Shown here piece after piece: positions 1 through 9,745 of a DNA stretch of 21,171 bases (position 1 is its first letter; each line of letters begins with the position of its first letter). The translations under genes were made by a program, and so were the position numbers. A model generated the notes under the pieces. The model worked only from the letters and a program-made list of their open reading frames with translations, made no database searches and was not told the DNA's origin. Source of the DNA: Candidatus Methylomirabilota bacterium (GTDB taxonomy: Bacteria > Methylomirabilota > Methylomirabilia > Rokubacteriales > CSP1-6); NCBI GenBank assembly GCA_046726415.1, contig JBKPAK010000319.1, positions 1 to 21,171 on the forward strand. The letters are read 5' to 3'.

Positions 1-566
1 AGAAGCATCGTCGTCCCCTGCCGGTTCACCTCCTTGATGATCTGGAAAATGGTGTCGACAAGAAGCGGCGAGAGGCCCATCGACGGCTCGTCGAGGAGCA
101 GCAACGCGGGCCGCGCCATCAGCGCGCGGCCGATGGCGAGCATCTGCTGCTCGCCGCCCGACAGCGTGCCCCCCTGCTGGGTGGTGCGCTGACGCAGCCG
201 CGGGAACAGCGAGAACACGCGCTCGAGATCCAGCGCGATGGCGTCGCGGTCCACACGCGCGAACGCGCCAAGCTCCAGGTTCTCGAGCACGGTCATGCGC
301 GGGAAGATGCGCCGGCCCTCCGGCGACTGGGCGATGCCCAGACGCACGATGCGGTCGGTCGTGAGGGTGTCGAGCCGGCGGCCGTTGAACGTCACAGAGC
401 CGACGCGTGACCGCACCGTGCCCAGGATGGTGCGGAGGGTCGTGGTCTTGCCGGCGCCATTGGCGCCGATCAGCGTCACGATCTCGCCGGCCTGGACCGA
501 GAGGGAGATCCCGCGGAGCGCGCGGATGTTGCCATAATAGGTGTGGACGTCGTTGAGCTCCAGCAT
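1..566 (-). CDS. livF: Branched-chain amino acid ABC transporter ATP-binding protein (LivF-type), 3'-partial
   Basis: Hand translation from ATG 566: MLELNDVHTYYGNIRALRGISL...Walker A GANGAGKTT...LSGGEQQMLAIGRALM...LLLLDEPSMGLSP. It runs off the window edge and is absent from the ORF track. Confidence 0.93.
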   Translation of the reverse strand, partial: MLELNDVHTYYGNIRALRGISLSVQAGEIVTLIGANGAGKTTTLRTILGTVRSRVGSVTFNGRRLDTLTTDRIVRLGIAQSPEGRRIFPRMTVLENLELGAFARVDRDAIALDLERVFSLFPRLRQRTTQQGGTLSGGEQQMLAIGRALMARPALLLLDEPSMGLSPLLVDTIFQIIKEVNRQGTTML

Positions 567-573
567 CACGTGG

Positions 574-2544
574 TCAGCGCGACCGCGCCGCCAGCTCCGC
601 CTCGTAGCCGGTCCCGAGATAGGCCTCGATCACCGCCGAATGCCGCTGGATCTCCGCCGGTGTGCCCTCCGCGATGCGGACGCCGTGATCGAGGACGGTG
701 ATGCGGTCGGAGATTCCCATCACCACTTCCATGTGGTGCTCGATCAGCAGGACCGACAGCGCGAGCTCGCGGCGCATCAGCCCGATCAGCTCCGTCAGCG
801 TGTCGGTCTCGCGTGGGTTCATCCCGGCCGAGGGCTCGTCCAGCAGCAGGAGTCGCGGCTCGGTGGCGAGCGCGCGGGCGATCTCCAGGCGGCGCTGGTC
901 CCCGTAGGAGAGATTGCGGGCGGTGTCGGATTCCTTGTCGGCAAGACCGACGAAGGCGATCAGCTCTCGCCCGCGCTCACGGGCCCGCGCCTCCTCCACC
1001 ACCACCGCCGGAGGTCGGAAGATCGCACCCAGCACCCGCGCGGCGAGGCGGCAGTGCTGGCCGACGAGCACGTTCTCGAGCACCGTGAGTTGCTGGAACA
1101 GCCGGATCGACTGAAACGTCCGCGCGACGCCGCGCGCCACGATGGCGTTGGGGCGGAGCCCGACGAGGCTCGCACCATCGAAGAGGATCTGGCCGCCGTC
1201 GGGTCGGATGAGGCCCGTCACCGTGTTGAAGAACGTCGTCTTGCCCGCGCCGTTGGGGCCGATGAGCCCCACGATTGCTCCACGCGGGAAAGCGAGGTCG
1301 ACGTCACTCACGGCCACGACGCCCCCGAAGCGCTTCGTGAGGCCGCGCACCTCGAGCAGCGATGACGACGCGGATGCGGGACCACCCCGCACGGCGACCT
1401 CGCGGAGCCACTGGGGGACGACCCGGGCGATCGGCGCGACCGGCGGCTCGGAGACGACCGCGTCATCGGTGTCGGGCCTCTCGACGGCGACGGGACGCAG
1501 CCGGCGCCCGGCCAGACCCTGCGGCCGGACGAGCATCATCACCGCGAGGCCCAGCCCGAAGAAGAACCAACGCCAGAGCGTCAGGTCCGCGCCGGCGAGG
1601 GCGGTGATGCCCGTGGCCCGTCCGATCGCGCGCACGAGGAACGTGGTCTGCGAGAGCACGACGCGGTCGAACAGCGTGATGAGCATCCCGCCGAGGATCA
1701 CGCCGCGAAGGCTGCCCGCCCCGCCGAGGACAACCATGCAGAGCAGCATGATCGACACCTGGAACTCGAACGCTCCCGGCGTGATGGCCTGCAGCTTCGC
1801 CGCGTAAACGGACCCTGCGAACCCCGAGAACCAGGCCCCGAGCGCGAACGCCAGTAGCTTGGTTGAGATCGGGTTGACGCCCGTGCAGTCGGCTGCCGTC
1901 TCGTCTTCGCGGATCGCCATCCACGCACGGCCGAGGCGCGAGTCCTGGAGTCGGGCCATCGCCCAGAGCGAGAAAGCGCCGATGACGAGGATCAGGAAGT
2001 ACCAGGGCACGGGATCGGTTTCGAACGGCACGCCGGGCAGGTACGGCCGACCGACGGGGTTCACGCCGTTCTCGCCGCCGGTCAGGTTCAGTCGCGTGAC
2101 GGGCCGCCACCCGCCGATGTCGATGGTGATGTCGCCGAGGTTGCGGATGGCGACCGGAATGATCTCGCCGAAGCCGAGGGTGATAATCGCGAGGTAGTCG
2201 CCGCGCACGCGCAGCGTCGGGGCGCCGATCACGAGACCGAGCAGGGCCGACATCGCCGCGGCCAGCCAGATGCAGAGCCAGAAGCTCCAGGCGTGACCGT
2301 ATAGCGGCGAGCCCAGGACCGGCGAGTTGAGCAGCCCCATCGCGTAGGCGCCGATGGCGAAGAACGCGGCGTAGCCGAGGTCGAGCATGCCCGCGTAGCC
2401 GACCACGATATTGAGGCCGAGCGCGAGCAGCACGTAGATCATACCGTCGGAGACGGCGTGGACGGTCTGGAGTCCGAGGGCGCGGTCGATGAACGGATAG
2501 ACGAGGAGCGCGACAACGAGGGTGATCCACTCCGGCTTCTTCAC
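574..2544 (-). CDS. livM: Fused branched-chain amino acid ABC permease / ATP-binding protein (LivM-LivG fusion)
   Basis: N-terminal half has LivM motifs (GLNIVVGYAGMLDLG, GDYLAIITLGFGEI). C-terminal half is an ATPase (GPNGAGKTT, LSYGDQRRLEIARALA, LLLLDEP). GTG start at 2544 overlaps the livH stop (GTGA). Confidence 0.92.
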   Translation of the reverse strand: MKKPEWITLVVALLVYPFIDRALGLQTVHAVSDGMIYVLLALGLNIVVGYAGMLDLGYAAFFAIGAYAMGLLNSPVLGSPLYGHAWSFWLCIWLAAAMSALLGLVIGAPTLRVRGDYLAIITLGFGEIIPVAIRNLGDITIDIGGWRPVTRLNLTGGENGVNPVGRPYLPGVPFETDPVPWYFLILVIGAFSLWAMARLQDSRLGRAWMAIREDETAADCTGVNPISTKLLAFALGAWFSGFAGSVYAAKLQAITPGAFEFQVSIMLLCMVVLGGAGSLRGVILGGMLITLFDRVVLSQTTFLVRAIGRATGITALAGADLTLWRWFFFGLGLAVMMLVRPQGLAGRRLRPVAVERPDTDDAVVSEPPVAPIARVVPQWLREVAVRGGPASASSSLLEVRGLTKRFGGVVAVSDVDLAFPRGAIVGLIGPNGAGKTTFFNTVTGLIRPDGGQILFDGASLVGLRPNAIVARGVARTFQSIRLFQQLTVLENVLVGQHCRLAARVLGAIFRPPAVVVEEARARERGRELIAFVGLADKESDTARNLSYGDQRRLEIARALATEPRLLLLDEPSAGMNPRETDTLTELIGLMRRELALSVLLIEHHMEVVMGISDRITVLDHGVRIAEGTPAEIQRHSAVIEAYLGTGYEAELAARSR

Positions 2545-3479
2545 GCCTTTTCCGGGGTGCGCTCGCCCAGCAGGCCTTGGGGTCGGAAGACCAGGACGAG
2601 GATCAGGATCGAGAATACGATGGCGTTCGTCCAGCGGGCCGAGATGTACTGATCGCTCCACGCGGACAGGAACCCGATGGCGAGGCCGCCCAGGGCCGCA
2701 CCCGGCATGTTGCCGATCCCTCCCAGGACGGCCGCGGTGAATGCGCGCAGGCCGGCCTGGTAGCCCATCCACCACATGCCGATGTTGTAGTACATCCCCT
2801 GGATCAGGCCCGCCGCGCCCGCCAGCGCGCCCCCGATGAAAAACGTGAGGAGGATGGTGCGCTCGACGTTGATCCCCATCGCCTGCGCGGTCTCGCGGTC
2901 CTGGGCGGTGGCCCGCATCGCCTTACCCCACGTGGTGCGCGTGACGAAGTGGTGGAGCGCGAGCATCAGCGGGATAGTGGCGCCGACGACGAACAGGTCC
3001 TTGGTGGTGAGGAAGATCGCAGAATCGACGCCGAACCACTCACGAAGGATGTCGACGGACGGGAAGACGTCGGGATAGGCGCTCGGCGCCGGCCCCTTCC
3101 ACAGCAGGGCCAGGTTCTCGAGCATGAACGACACGCCGATGGCGGTGATCAGCGGCGCGAGCCGCGTCGAGTGGCGCAGCGGCCGGTACGCCGCGCGGTC
3201 GATGCCGACGTTGAGGGCGGCGGTGCTGAGCATGGTCAGGACGAAGACCAGCGGCAGAACCGTCACCAGCTGCCAGCCCGTGAGGGCGCCGGTCACCCCG
3301 AGGAGGCTGAACCAGGCGAGCGAGATGAAGAGCCCGAGCATGAAGACGTCGCCGTGGGCAAAGTTGATCAGCTCGATGATGCCGTAGACCATGGTGTAGC
3401 CCATGGCGATGAGCGCGAACACTGCGCCCCGGGTCAACCCGTTGATGCTCTGCTGGACGAGAACTTCCCACCAGTTCAT
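2541..3479 (-). CDS. livH: Branched-chain amino acid ABC permease LivH
   Basis: GYTMVYGIIELINFAHGD and AFTAAVLGGIGN motifs; hydrophobic protein; operon context. Confidence 0.95.
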   Translation of the reverse strand: MNWWEVLVQQSINGLTRGAVFALIAMGYTMVYGIIELINFAHGDVFMLGLFISLAWFSLLGVTGALTGWQLVTVLPLVFVLTMLSTAALNVGIDRAAYRPLRHSTRLAPLITAIGVSFMLENLALLWKGPAPSAYPDVFPSVDILREWFGVDSAIFLTTKDLFVVGATIPLMLALHHFVTRTTWGKAMRATAQDRETAQAMGINVERTILLTFFIGGALAGAAGLIQGMYYNIGMWWMGYQAGLRAFTAAVLGGIGNMPGAALGGLAIGFLSAWSDQYISARWTNAIVFSILILVLVFRPQGLLGERTPEKA

Positions 3480-3528
3480 CGCGGCTGGCTAAGATGGGGA
3501 GGGCCGATGGCGGCCCTCCCCGGCCCGG

Positions 3529-4794
3529 TTACTCGAGGATGGTCTCGAACTGGAACTTGCAGCCGATCGGCCCGTCGGCCTTCACGGCCTTGAACCCCGA
3601 CATCGTATCGTAGTCGACGTCGCCGTTCTCGTCGAAGCTCCACTTGCCGTTGATGCCCTCGAAATTCTTGGTCGAGGCAATGGCCTTGCGCAGGGCCTCG
3701 CGCTTCTCGGTGACGTCCTTGGCCTTGTCGATCGCCGGAGCGGCCCGCTTCAGCGCGTCGATGATCACGCGGGTGCCCTCGACGGCGTAGAGCGCGTAGG
3801 CGGTCGGCTCCTTGCCGAACTTCGCCTTGTAGGTCTCGTAGGTCTTGGCGCCGACACCGCGCATCTTCTCGAATGGCAGCCCGGCGAAGGTGATCCGCAT
3901 CTCGGTGGCGAGGGCTGCGTCGCACGTCGCGCCCTTCAGGAGCTCTTCCTCGAGCAACCCGTCCGGGCCCAGGAAGCGGGTCCGCGGCGCCACGAGGCCG
4001 ACCTCCTTCATCTGCCGGATGATCACCTGGGCGCCCGTCTCGATGACGCCACCCATGTAGACGAGGTCCGCACCTGACGCACGGATCTTGGTGAGCACCG
4101 GCTTCTGGTCGGGTTGCTTCCAGTCGATGCCCTCGTTGGCCACGACGGGCAACCCGATCTTCTTCGCGGTCGCCTCGAAGACGTCGGCGATGCCCTTGCC
4201 ATAGAGTTCCTGGTCGTTCAGGACGTAGATCTTCTTGGCGCCCATGCGCTTGGCCCACTTGGCGGCCACTGCCCCCTGGATGTCGTCGGCCGGGACTGGC
4301 CGGAAATAGTTCACCACGCCACTCGGGCGATAGATGTCCGGCTCCCCGGGCGCCGCTCCGCGCTTCTTGGTCAGCCCGGGATAGGTGTTGGCCGGGGTGA
4401 CCTGGGCCATCCGCGCGCGGTTAGTGATGGGGATCGAGACCTTCGCGGCGCCGGAGTTGTAGGTGCCGATGTAGACGATGGCCTGCTGGTCGCCCACCGC
4501 CTTGTTCGCATTCTCGGCCTCGACCGCGCCGTCCCACTTGCCGGTCTGCGGTGAGGCGTCGTCGAGGTTCACGACCTCGATGCAATAGCCGGCGACGACG
4601 CCACCGACCTCGGACACCGCGAGATCGACGCCATTCTTCATGCCGGTGCCCTCGGGGACCATCGCCCCCTGCATCGGCCACGACGTGTAGAAGCGCAGCT
4701 TACCCTTGGCGCATTGCTGGGCTCCGGTGTCGGCGACGAGCGCGACGAGGACGACGAGCGCGATGGCGAGGGCGATGATCCGCGCGAGTCTCAT
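3529..4794 (-). CDS. Branched-chain amino acid ABC substrate-binding protein (LivK/LivJ family)
   Basis: Signal peptide MRLARIIALAIALVVLVALVA after RBS AGGGAGGA (ATG 4794); YIGTYNSG and DQELYGKGIAD motifs. Confidence 0.92.
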   Translation of the reverse strand: MRLARIIALAIALVVLVALVADTGAQQCAKGKLRFYTSWPMQGAMVPEGTGMKNGVDLAVSEVGGVVAGYCIEVVNLDDASPQTGKWDGAVEAENANKAVGDQQAIVYIGTYNSGAAKVSIPITNRARMAQVTPANTYPGLTKKRGAAPGEPDIYRPSGVVNYFRPVPADDIQGAVAAKWAKRMGAKKIYVLNDQELYGKGIADVFEATAKKIGLPVVANEGIDWKQPDQKPVLTKIRASGADLVYMGGVIETGAQVIIRQMKEVGLVAPRTRFLGPDGLLEEELLKGATCDAALATEMRITFAGLPFEKMRGVGAKTYETYKAKFGKEPTAYALYAVEGTRVIIDALKRAAPAIDKAKDVTEKREALRKAIASTKNFEGINGKWSFDENGDVDYDTMSGFKAVKADGPIGCKFQFETILE

Positions 4795-4844
4795 GGCTGG
4801 TCCTCCCTGAATCGGCGCTATGATCAACTTCGAATTTCGCGCGT

Positions 4845-4874
4845 ATCACACTATGGCGGCGCGCTGCTTGTCAA
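4845..4874 (-). promoter_or_regulatory. Candidate sigma70 promoter of the liv operon
   Basis: Perfect TTGACA (4874-4869), followed by TAGTGT at 15-bp or TGTGAT at 18-bp spacing, in the divergent intergenic region. Confidence 0.4.
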
Positions 4875-4901
4875 CGGCGCTGCGGGACGGATGGCGAGCC
4901 G

Positions 4902-5726
4902 ATGGCCACACCACGCGTCATCTACGAGGCGAAGCCGGGTTCGCTTCTCGATGTCGACCGCGAGCTCTACGGCCGCCTTGCGCGGGAGACGGGCCGGCGC
5001 ACGCTCGTGGATCGCTTCGTCGTCCTGCGGCGGACTGGACGGGCGTGGCCCGTCCGGGCGGGACAGCTCTTCAGGATCGTCGTCATCGAGGGCCCGCAGG
5101 TGGCCGACCTCAATGTGTGGAGCCTCGGCAACCCGCGGGAGCGCTTCTGGGCCTCGCGCACCCGGCAGCTCCATCGCGCCCACGTCACCACCTACGACCG
5201 GCTCTGGTCGTGCCTGCCGTATCTCCGGCCGCTGCTGACGATCACGAACGACTCCATCCAATACGGTCGCGACGCGGACGGCGCGGGCTGTCACGATCTG
5301 CTCGGCACGCGCTGCGATCCCTACGTCCACAAGCTGCTGAACGGCGAGGAGCTCGACGTGTGCTGCCACTCGAACCTGGTGCGCGCGGTGCGGCCGCACC
5401 ACCTCTCCGAGCTCGACGTGCACGACGTGCTCAACGTCTTCCAGGTCACCGGGCTCACCGCCGACGGCCGGTACTTCGTCAAGCCGAGTCCCGCGCAGCA
5501 GGGGGACTTCATCGAGTTCTTTGCCGAGGTCGACGTTCTCGCCGCGATTTCGGTGTGTCCCCACGGCGATCTGTCCGTGCCGGTGTGGGGCCCCGAGGCC
5601 GCCGATCCCCTCGCGACGTGCCGTCCGCTCGGCGTGGAGATCTGGCAGCCTGCCGCCGAGCTGCTGTCTGGCTGGACGCCGCCGTCGCCGTCGGATTACC
5701 GTGGCGGTCACGGATTACACGATTAG
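4902..5726 (+). CDS. Urea carboxylase-associated family protein (DUF1989)
   Basis: Motifs GPQVADLN, ERFWASRT, GCHDLLGTRCDPY, CCHSNL, DVHDVLNVF and SVCPHGD. Confidence 0.88.
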   Translation: MATPRVIYEAKPGSLLDVDRELYGRLARETGRRTLVDRFVVLRRTGRAWPVRAGQLFRIVVIEGPQVADLNVWSLGNPRERFWASRTRQLHRAHVTTYDRLWSCLPYLRPLLTITNDSIQYGRDADGAGCHDLLGTRCDPYVHKLLNGEELDVCCHSNLVRAVRPHHLSELDVHDVLNVFQVTGLTADGRYFVKPSPAQQGDFIEFFAEVDVLAAISVCPHGDLSVPVWGPEAADPLATCRPLGVEIWQPAAELLSGWTPPSPSDYRGGHGLHD

Positions 5727-5739
5727 AAGGATCTGATCC

Positions 5740-6080
5740 ATGTCGACCGAGCTGCTCCACGAGCTGTGGGATTACCACCACTGGGCTAACCGCCGGCTGT
5801 TCGACGTGACCGCGGCGCTGGGTGAGGAGACCGCCGCGCGCCACGTCGGCACGCAGTTCAGCGGGCCGACGATCCGCGGGATGTTCACCAACCTGTTGCC
5901 GCCGACTTGCTGAAGAAGTCCGCGAGACCATCGGAACGGGCTCGAAGCGATAGGCACCCCCGATCGGATCCCCGGCGGGCGGCGGCGATCCACCTCGCGC
6001 GCCACGCCGAACAATCGCGGCACAACTTCACGGGCCGATGCCGAGGAACTGCTGGCGTCCCTTCGTGAGGTCGACCCCCC
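5740..6080 (+). pseudogene. DinB family protein, degraded
   Basis: MSTELLHELWDYHHWANRRLFDVTAAL...PTIRGMF is a typical DinB N-terminus. It stops at 5911-5913 after 57 codons; the 3' boundary is approximate. Confidence 0.65.
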
Positions 6081-6135
6081 TGAATCCCGGTGCCGATCCC
6101 GCCCTTCCAGGCGGCGCCCGATCATCGGCCCCTCC

Positions 6136-7254
6136 TCACTTGAGCCGTGCGCCGCGCTGGGTGACCACGTCCAGGAACTGACCCACCTCGGCGTTGATGA
6201 CCTCGACGTCGGCGGGTATGAAGCCGCCGGCGGCGTAGTGGCCGGTCACGGAGTCCGGCCGGATGGTGCTGACCCGCACGTCGCGGATGTAGCGCGCCGC
6301 TTCCAGAGGCTCCCACTCGGGATTCAGGAGGTCCTTCGTGCCGACCATGATCAGAGTCTTGGCCTCAATGGCGCGAAGGGCGCGCCCGTAGTCGCCGCCC
6401 ATGCCCGGCGTCGTGCCCACGTCGTGCACGTCGTAGGCCCACGACTGGTAGATGTAGTCGTTCGCGTCGAAGGCGCGAATAGTCGGGCCGATCTGGGTCT
6501 CGAGCCAGGGCAGGACCTCCCCGGGCTGCGCGAACTGGTACCGGTACCACTCCGGCGTCCGGGCGGTCAGGAAGGCCAGGACGTGGCGCCACAACCGAAT
6601 CCCCTTCTCGGGCGGCGTGGTGTACTCCCCGCCGTTCCACGCCGGGTCCAGCATGATGGCCTGTCGGGTCGCGTCGGTGGCAACGATGCTCCACGCGGGC
6701 GTCCGCGCCAGCGGCACCAGCGCGACCAGGCTGTCCATGAAACTCGGGTGGTTCACGCCCCACTGCAGCGCCTGCATCCCACCCATGGACGGCCCCACCA
6801 CCGCGACGACGTGGTCGATCTTGAGGTGCTCCGTGAGCAGCCGATGCTGCGAGCGCACCATGTCACGAATGGTGAAGCGCGGGAACTTCATCCTCGGCTG
6901 CGCGGTGCTGTTGCTCGGCGAGGTCGTCAGCCCGTTGCCGATGGCGTCGGTGCAGATTACGAAGTACCGATCGGTGTCGAGCGCCTTGCCGGGTCCGACC
7001 ATGAAGTCGAGCCGATGGTGGTTCCCGGTGAGCGCGGTCACCATCAGGATGGCGTTCGACCGCTTCGCGTTCAGCGCCCCGTGGGTGACGTACGAAATCG
7101 CAAAGTCGCGAATGACCTCACCACTCTCGAGCTGGAGGTCGCCCATGGCGTAGCGCTGGTGGGGCGGCTGTTCCGGGCGGTGCGCGCTCGCACCGCCGGC
7201 GATGAGGACGCTCAGGAGAGAGGCACTCAAGACAGACACGACTACGCGTCGCAT
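6136..7254 (-). CDS. Homoserine O-acetyltransferase (MetX)-like alpha/beta hydrolase with N-terminal signal peptide
   Basis: ALTG, GPGKALDT, FPRFTIRDMV, nucleophile GPSMGG and C-terminal GH; leader MRRVVVSVLSASLLSVLIAGGASA; RBS GAGGAGG. Confidence 0.85.
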   Translation of the reverse strand: MRRVVVSVLSASLLSVLIAGGASAHRPEQPPHQRYAMGDLQLESGEVIRDFAISYVTHGALNAKRSNAILMVTALTGNHHRLDFMVGPGKALDTDRYFVICTDAIGNGLTTSPSNSTAQPRMKFPRFTIRDMVRSQHRLLTEHLKIDHVVAVVGPSMGGMQALQWGVNHPSFMDSLVALVPLARTPAWSIVATDATRQAIMLDPAWNGGEYTTPPEKGIRLWRHVLAFLTARTPEWYRYQFAQPGEVLPWLETQIGPTIRAFDANDYIYQSWAYDVHDVGTTPGMGGDYGRALRAIEAKTLIMVGTKDLLNPEWEPLEAARYIRDVRVSTIRPDSVTGHYAAGGFIPADVEVINAEVGQFLDVVTQRGARLK

Positions 7255-7284
7255 GACATCCTCCTCGGCCGAAAGGGTCTGGGC

Positions 7285-7293
7285 ATCGTATCA
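7285..7293 (-). promoter_or_regulatory. Candidate extended -10 element for the MetX-like gene
   Basis: TGnTACGAT (TGATACGAT) lies about 30 nt upstream of the ATG. Confidence 0.35.
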
Positions 7294-7493
7294 CTCGTGG
7301 GCCAGGCGCCGCCGGGCCGAAGAAGCGGTGCCCGGCGCAGATCGTCACACGCTAGCGCTGTTGCGTGCACCGCTCGCCGGTTTCAACAGTACTTCGAGCG
7401 AGCGCAGCGCAGCCTGCACGGCACTACGAGCGCTCCCGTCTTTTCGCACCTCCGCCTGGTGCCGCGTCTTCCACAAATCCGCTCGCGCTGCTG

Positions 7494-7775
7494 ATGCGAG
7501 CGGTGGCTCACGGCTTAGACACGTTCCTGCTGCGCCACTGTCCGCTCGTTCGTCACCTTTCCGGTATTCAGGCTCGTCTTCGGCTCCAAGAGGACCACGT
7601 ACCGCACGCGAGCATGGACCAGACTCTCCGGTCGCCCCCCAGCGCTACCGGCCCCCTGCGCGACACCGATCCCACCCTGAACCTGCGCAGCTACTACTTC
7701 AACCAGTGGAATTCCAACGAAACGCTCAATGAAGCCTGGGCGAGCGGCGGCTGGCTCGAGTACACACCTGGCTGA
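7494..7775 (+). pseudogene. Probable OprD-family outer-membrane porin fragment
   Basis: LRDTDPTLNLRSYYFNQ...EAWASGGWLEY resembles the first beta strands of OprD-like porins. The ORF stops immediately afterwards. Confidence 0.45.
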
Positions 7776-7998
7776 TCAGCGAGGACGACGGCCTCGGCGT
7801 CGAGAAGGTGTCCGCGCCGGTTGTCCTGTACGATAGGGAGGCCTGATACCCGCGGCATGTGAGCCCGCTGCGAGGTGGCAGCGGGGACCCACCCCGGCCA
7901 AGGCGGAGCGGCTTGGGATCAGAAGCCAGAGGAGGAACGCGCGGGAGATAGAGATCGACGAGCGCAGATGAGGCTCCCGCTCATGCGGGGGAGAGGAG

Positions 7999-9222
7999 AT
8001 GGCGATGGTAACCCTACCCGACGACATGTTCACCGCCGATGTGATTGCCGATCCCTATCCGTACTATGGACGTCTCCGGGAGGATGACCCCGTCCACTGG
8101 AATGAACTGTACGACCTGTGGGTCATTACCCGACATGACGATGTGGTTTGGATGACCCGGCACCATGAGCTCTTTTCGAACGCCGTTTTTCGCAATGATC
8201 CCCGACCCGCCTATCCGGCCATCGACGAATCGGATCTCGGCCTCTACGAATACGTGCGGGATTACCAGGCCGACCAGTTCATCCAGCACGACCGCCCCGA
8301 GCACCTCGAGATGCGCAAGATCGTCCATACCTATTTCACCCCCCGCGCCATGGAGACCTGGCGCCCCTTCGTCCAGAAGGCCGTGCAAGAGCTCGTCGAT
8401 GCGGCAGAGGGCAAAGGGCACATGGACGTCATGAAGGATGTAGCCACTCCCTTGCCCGTGCTGGTCATCGCGCAGATGATGGGCGTTCCCTCCGCCGATC
8501 GGCCCCATGTGAGAAGGCTGGCGGAAAAGCTTCTCTACATCGGACGGGGCGAGCACGACCGCATGAAGCCGCTCACCGAGGGAATGCAGGGGATGATCGA
8601 CTACGTCTCCCCGCTCGTCGACGAGCGCCTGGTCAACCCCGGTGACGATTTTATCTCGGTGCTGGCCGCGGGTGAGAAGAAGGGCGTCTTCACCAGACAT
8701 CAGGTGCTGGTGAACACCTCATTGCTGCTGCTGGCCGGCCACGAGACCACCATCAACCTGCTCTGCAACGGCACCCTGGCCTTCATGCGCCATCCCGAGC
8801 AATGGGCATTGTTAAAGCAGGACCCTGAGGGCCTGGCCCAGCGGGCCACCGAGGAGTGCCTGCGCTACGACGCACCGGTCAAATCGCTCCAGCGCATCGC
8901 CGCCCAGGACGTCGACATGCGGGGCAAGGTGTTGCGCAAGGACGATCGCATCCGCTGGTTCATCTCGTCCGCCAATCGCGACCCGGAAGCCTTTGCACAT
9001 CCGGATAGGTTCGACATTACCCGCGACCCGAATCCGCACGTTGCCTTTGGCTCGGGCGTCCACCACTGCCTGGGGGCGACCTTAGCCCGCGTGGAGGGCC
9101 AAGAAGTGTTCAAGGCGCTGGCCAGGCGGTTCCCCTCCTTGCATGTCGAGACGGAGGCGCTCGAGTATCAACCCAGCATCACCTTCCGCTCGCTCAAGTC
9201 CCTGCCCGTGGCCTGGAGCTAA
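7999..9222 (+). CDS. Cytochrome P450
   Basis: I-helix AGHETT, K-helix ExxR (ECLR), heme motif FGSGVHHCLG; RBS GAGGAG. Confidence 0.96.
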   Translation: MAMVTLPDDMFTADVIADPYPYYGRLREDDPVHWNELYDLWVITRHDDVVWMTRHHELFSNAVFRNDPRPAYPAIDESDLGLYEYVRDYQADQFIQHDRPEHLEMRKIVHTYFTPRAMETWRPFVQKAVQELVDAAEGKGHMDVMKDVATPLPVLVIAQMMGVPSADRPHVRRLAEKLLYIGRGEHDRMKPLTEGMQGMIDYVSPLVDERLVNPGDDFISVLAAGEKKGVFTRHQVLVNTSLLLLAGHETTINLLCNGTLAFMRHPEQWALLKQDPEGLAQRATEECLRYDAPVKSLQRIAAQDVDMRGKVLRKDDRIRWFISSANRDPEAFAHPDRFDITRDPNPHVAFGSGVHHCLGATLARVEGQEVFKALARRFPSLHVETEALEYQPSITFRSLKSLPVAWS

Positions 9223-9229
9223 GGGGGTC

Positions 9230-9454
9230 ATGGCTCGTCCCTTGCGCGTCTGGGTGGATCATCACCGGTGTGTGGGCAATGCCATGTGCGAAGCCCTCGC
9301 CCCGGCGGTGTTTCGTCTCAATGCCAACCGGCAGTCGGAAGCAATCAACCCCGCGGGCGACACGGAGGCGAAAATCCTGGAGGCGGCGGAGAACTGTCCG
9401 GTCAGCGCCATCTTCGTCGAGGATGCCCAGACGGGAATCCGCCTGTTTCCATAG
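9230..9454 (+). CDS. Ferredoxin ([3Fe-4S]-type, P450 partner)
   Basis: MARPLRVWVDHHRCVGNAMC...NCPVSAI gives a CxxNxxC...CP motif; it starts 7 nt after the P450 stop. Confidence 0.9.
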   Translation: MARPLRVWVDHHRCVGNAMCEALAPAVFRLNANRQSEAINPAGDTEAKILEAAENCPVSAIFVEDAQTGIRLFP

Positions 9455-9494
9455 CGCGTCTGGGCTAGCTTCGCGGCCTGTCCTGGCCAAAAAC

Positions 9495-9644
9495 TCAGTT
9501 CGGCCCACCTCGGTCGAACCTGACCAATGACCCGACGAGAGCAATTCGTCTGACGCCGGGGCAACTTCGAGCGCGCTCGACGAATCGCAAGACTTCGGAA
9601 AGCAAGAAGCCCCGAATCGACTCATCGTCAACCACGTCCGTCAC
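9495..9644 (-). pseudogene. Truncated last cassette, probable nucleotidyltransferase-domain N-terminus
   Basis: Follows the R' at 9669. IRGFLLSEVLRFVERARSCPGVRRIALVGSL breaks off right after the GS motif, before the expected DxD. Confidence 0.5.
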
Positions 9645-9668
9645 CCATGTTGGCTGCGTTCGCTGGTA

Positions 9669-9742
9669 CCTTAACGCCACCGGTCAGCGGCCGGAGGGCG
9701 AGCAACGCAAGCCCCCGGTCCGCTTGCACCGGAGAGTTGGAC
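9669..9742 (-). repeat. attC site (74 bp)
   Basis: GTCCAAC TCTCC GGTGCAAGC GGACC...GGCC GCTGACC GGTGGC GTTAAGG, starting 3 nt after the thioesterase stop. Confidence 0.92.
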
Positions 9743-9745
9743 GGC

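Noticed and set aside
238..7494. Long plus-strand ORFs such as 541..1365, 2577..3593 and 6238..7494
   Set aside because: They are antisense shadows of well-supported genes in high-GC DNA and have no recognisable motifs.
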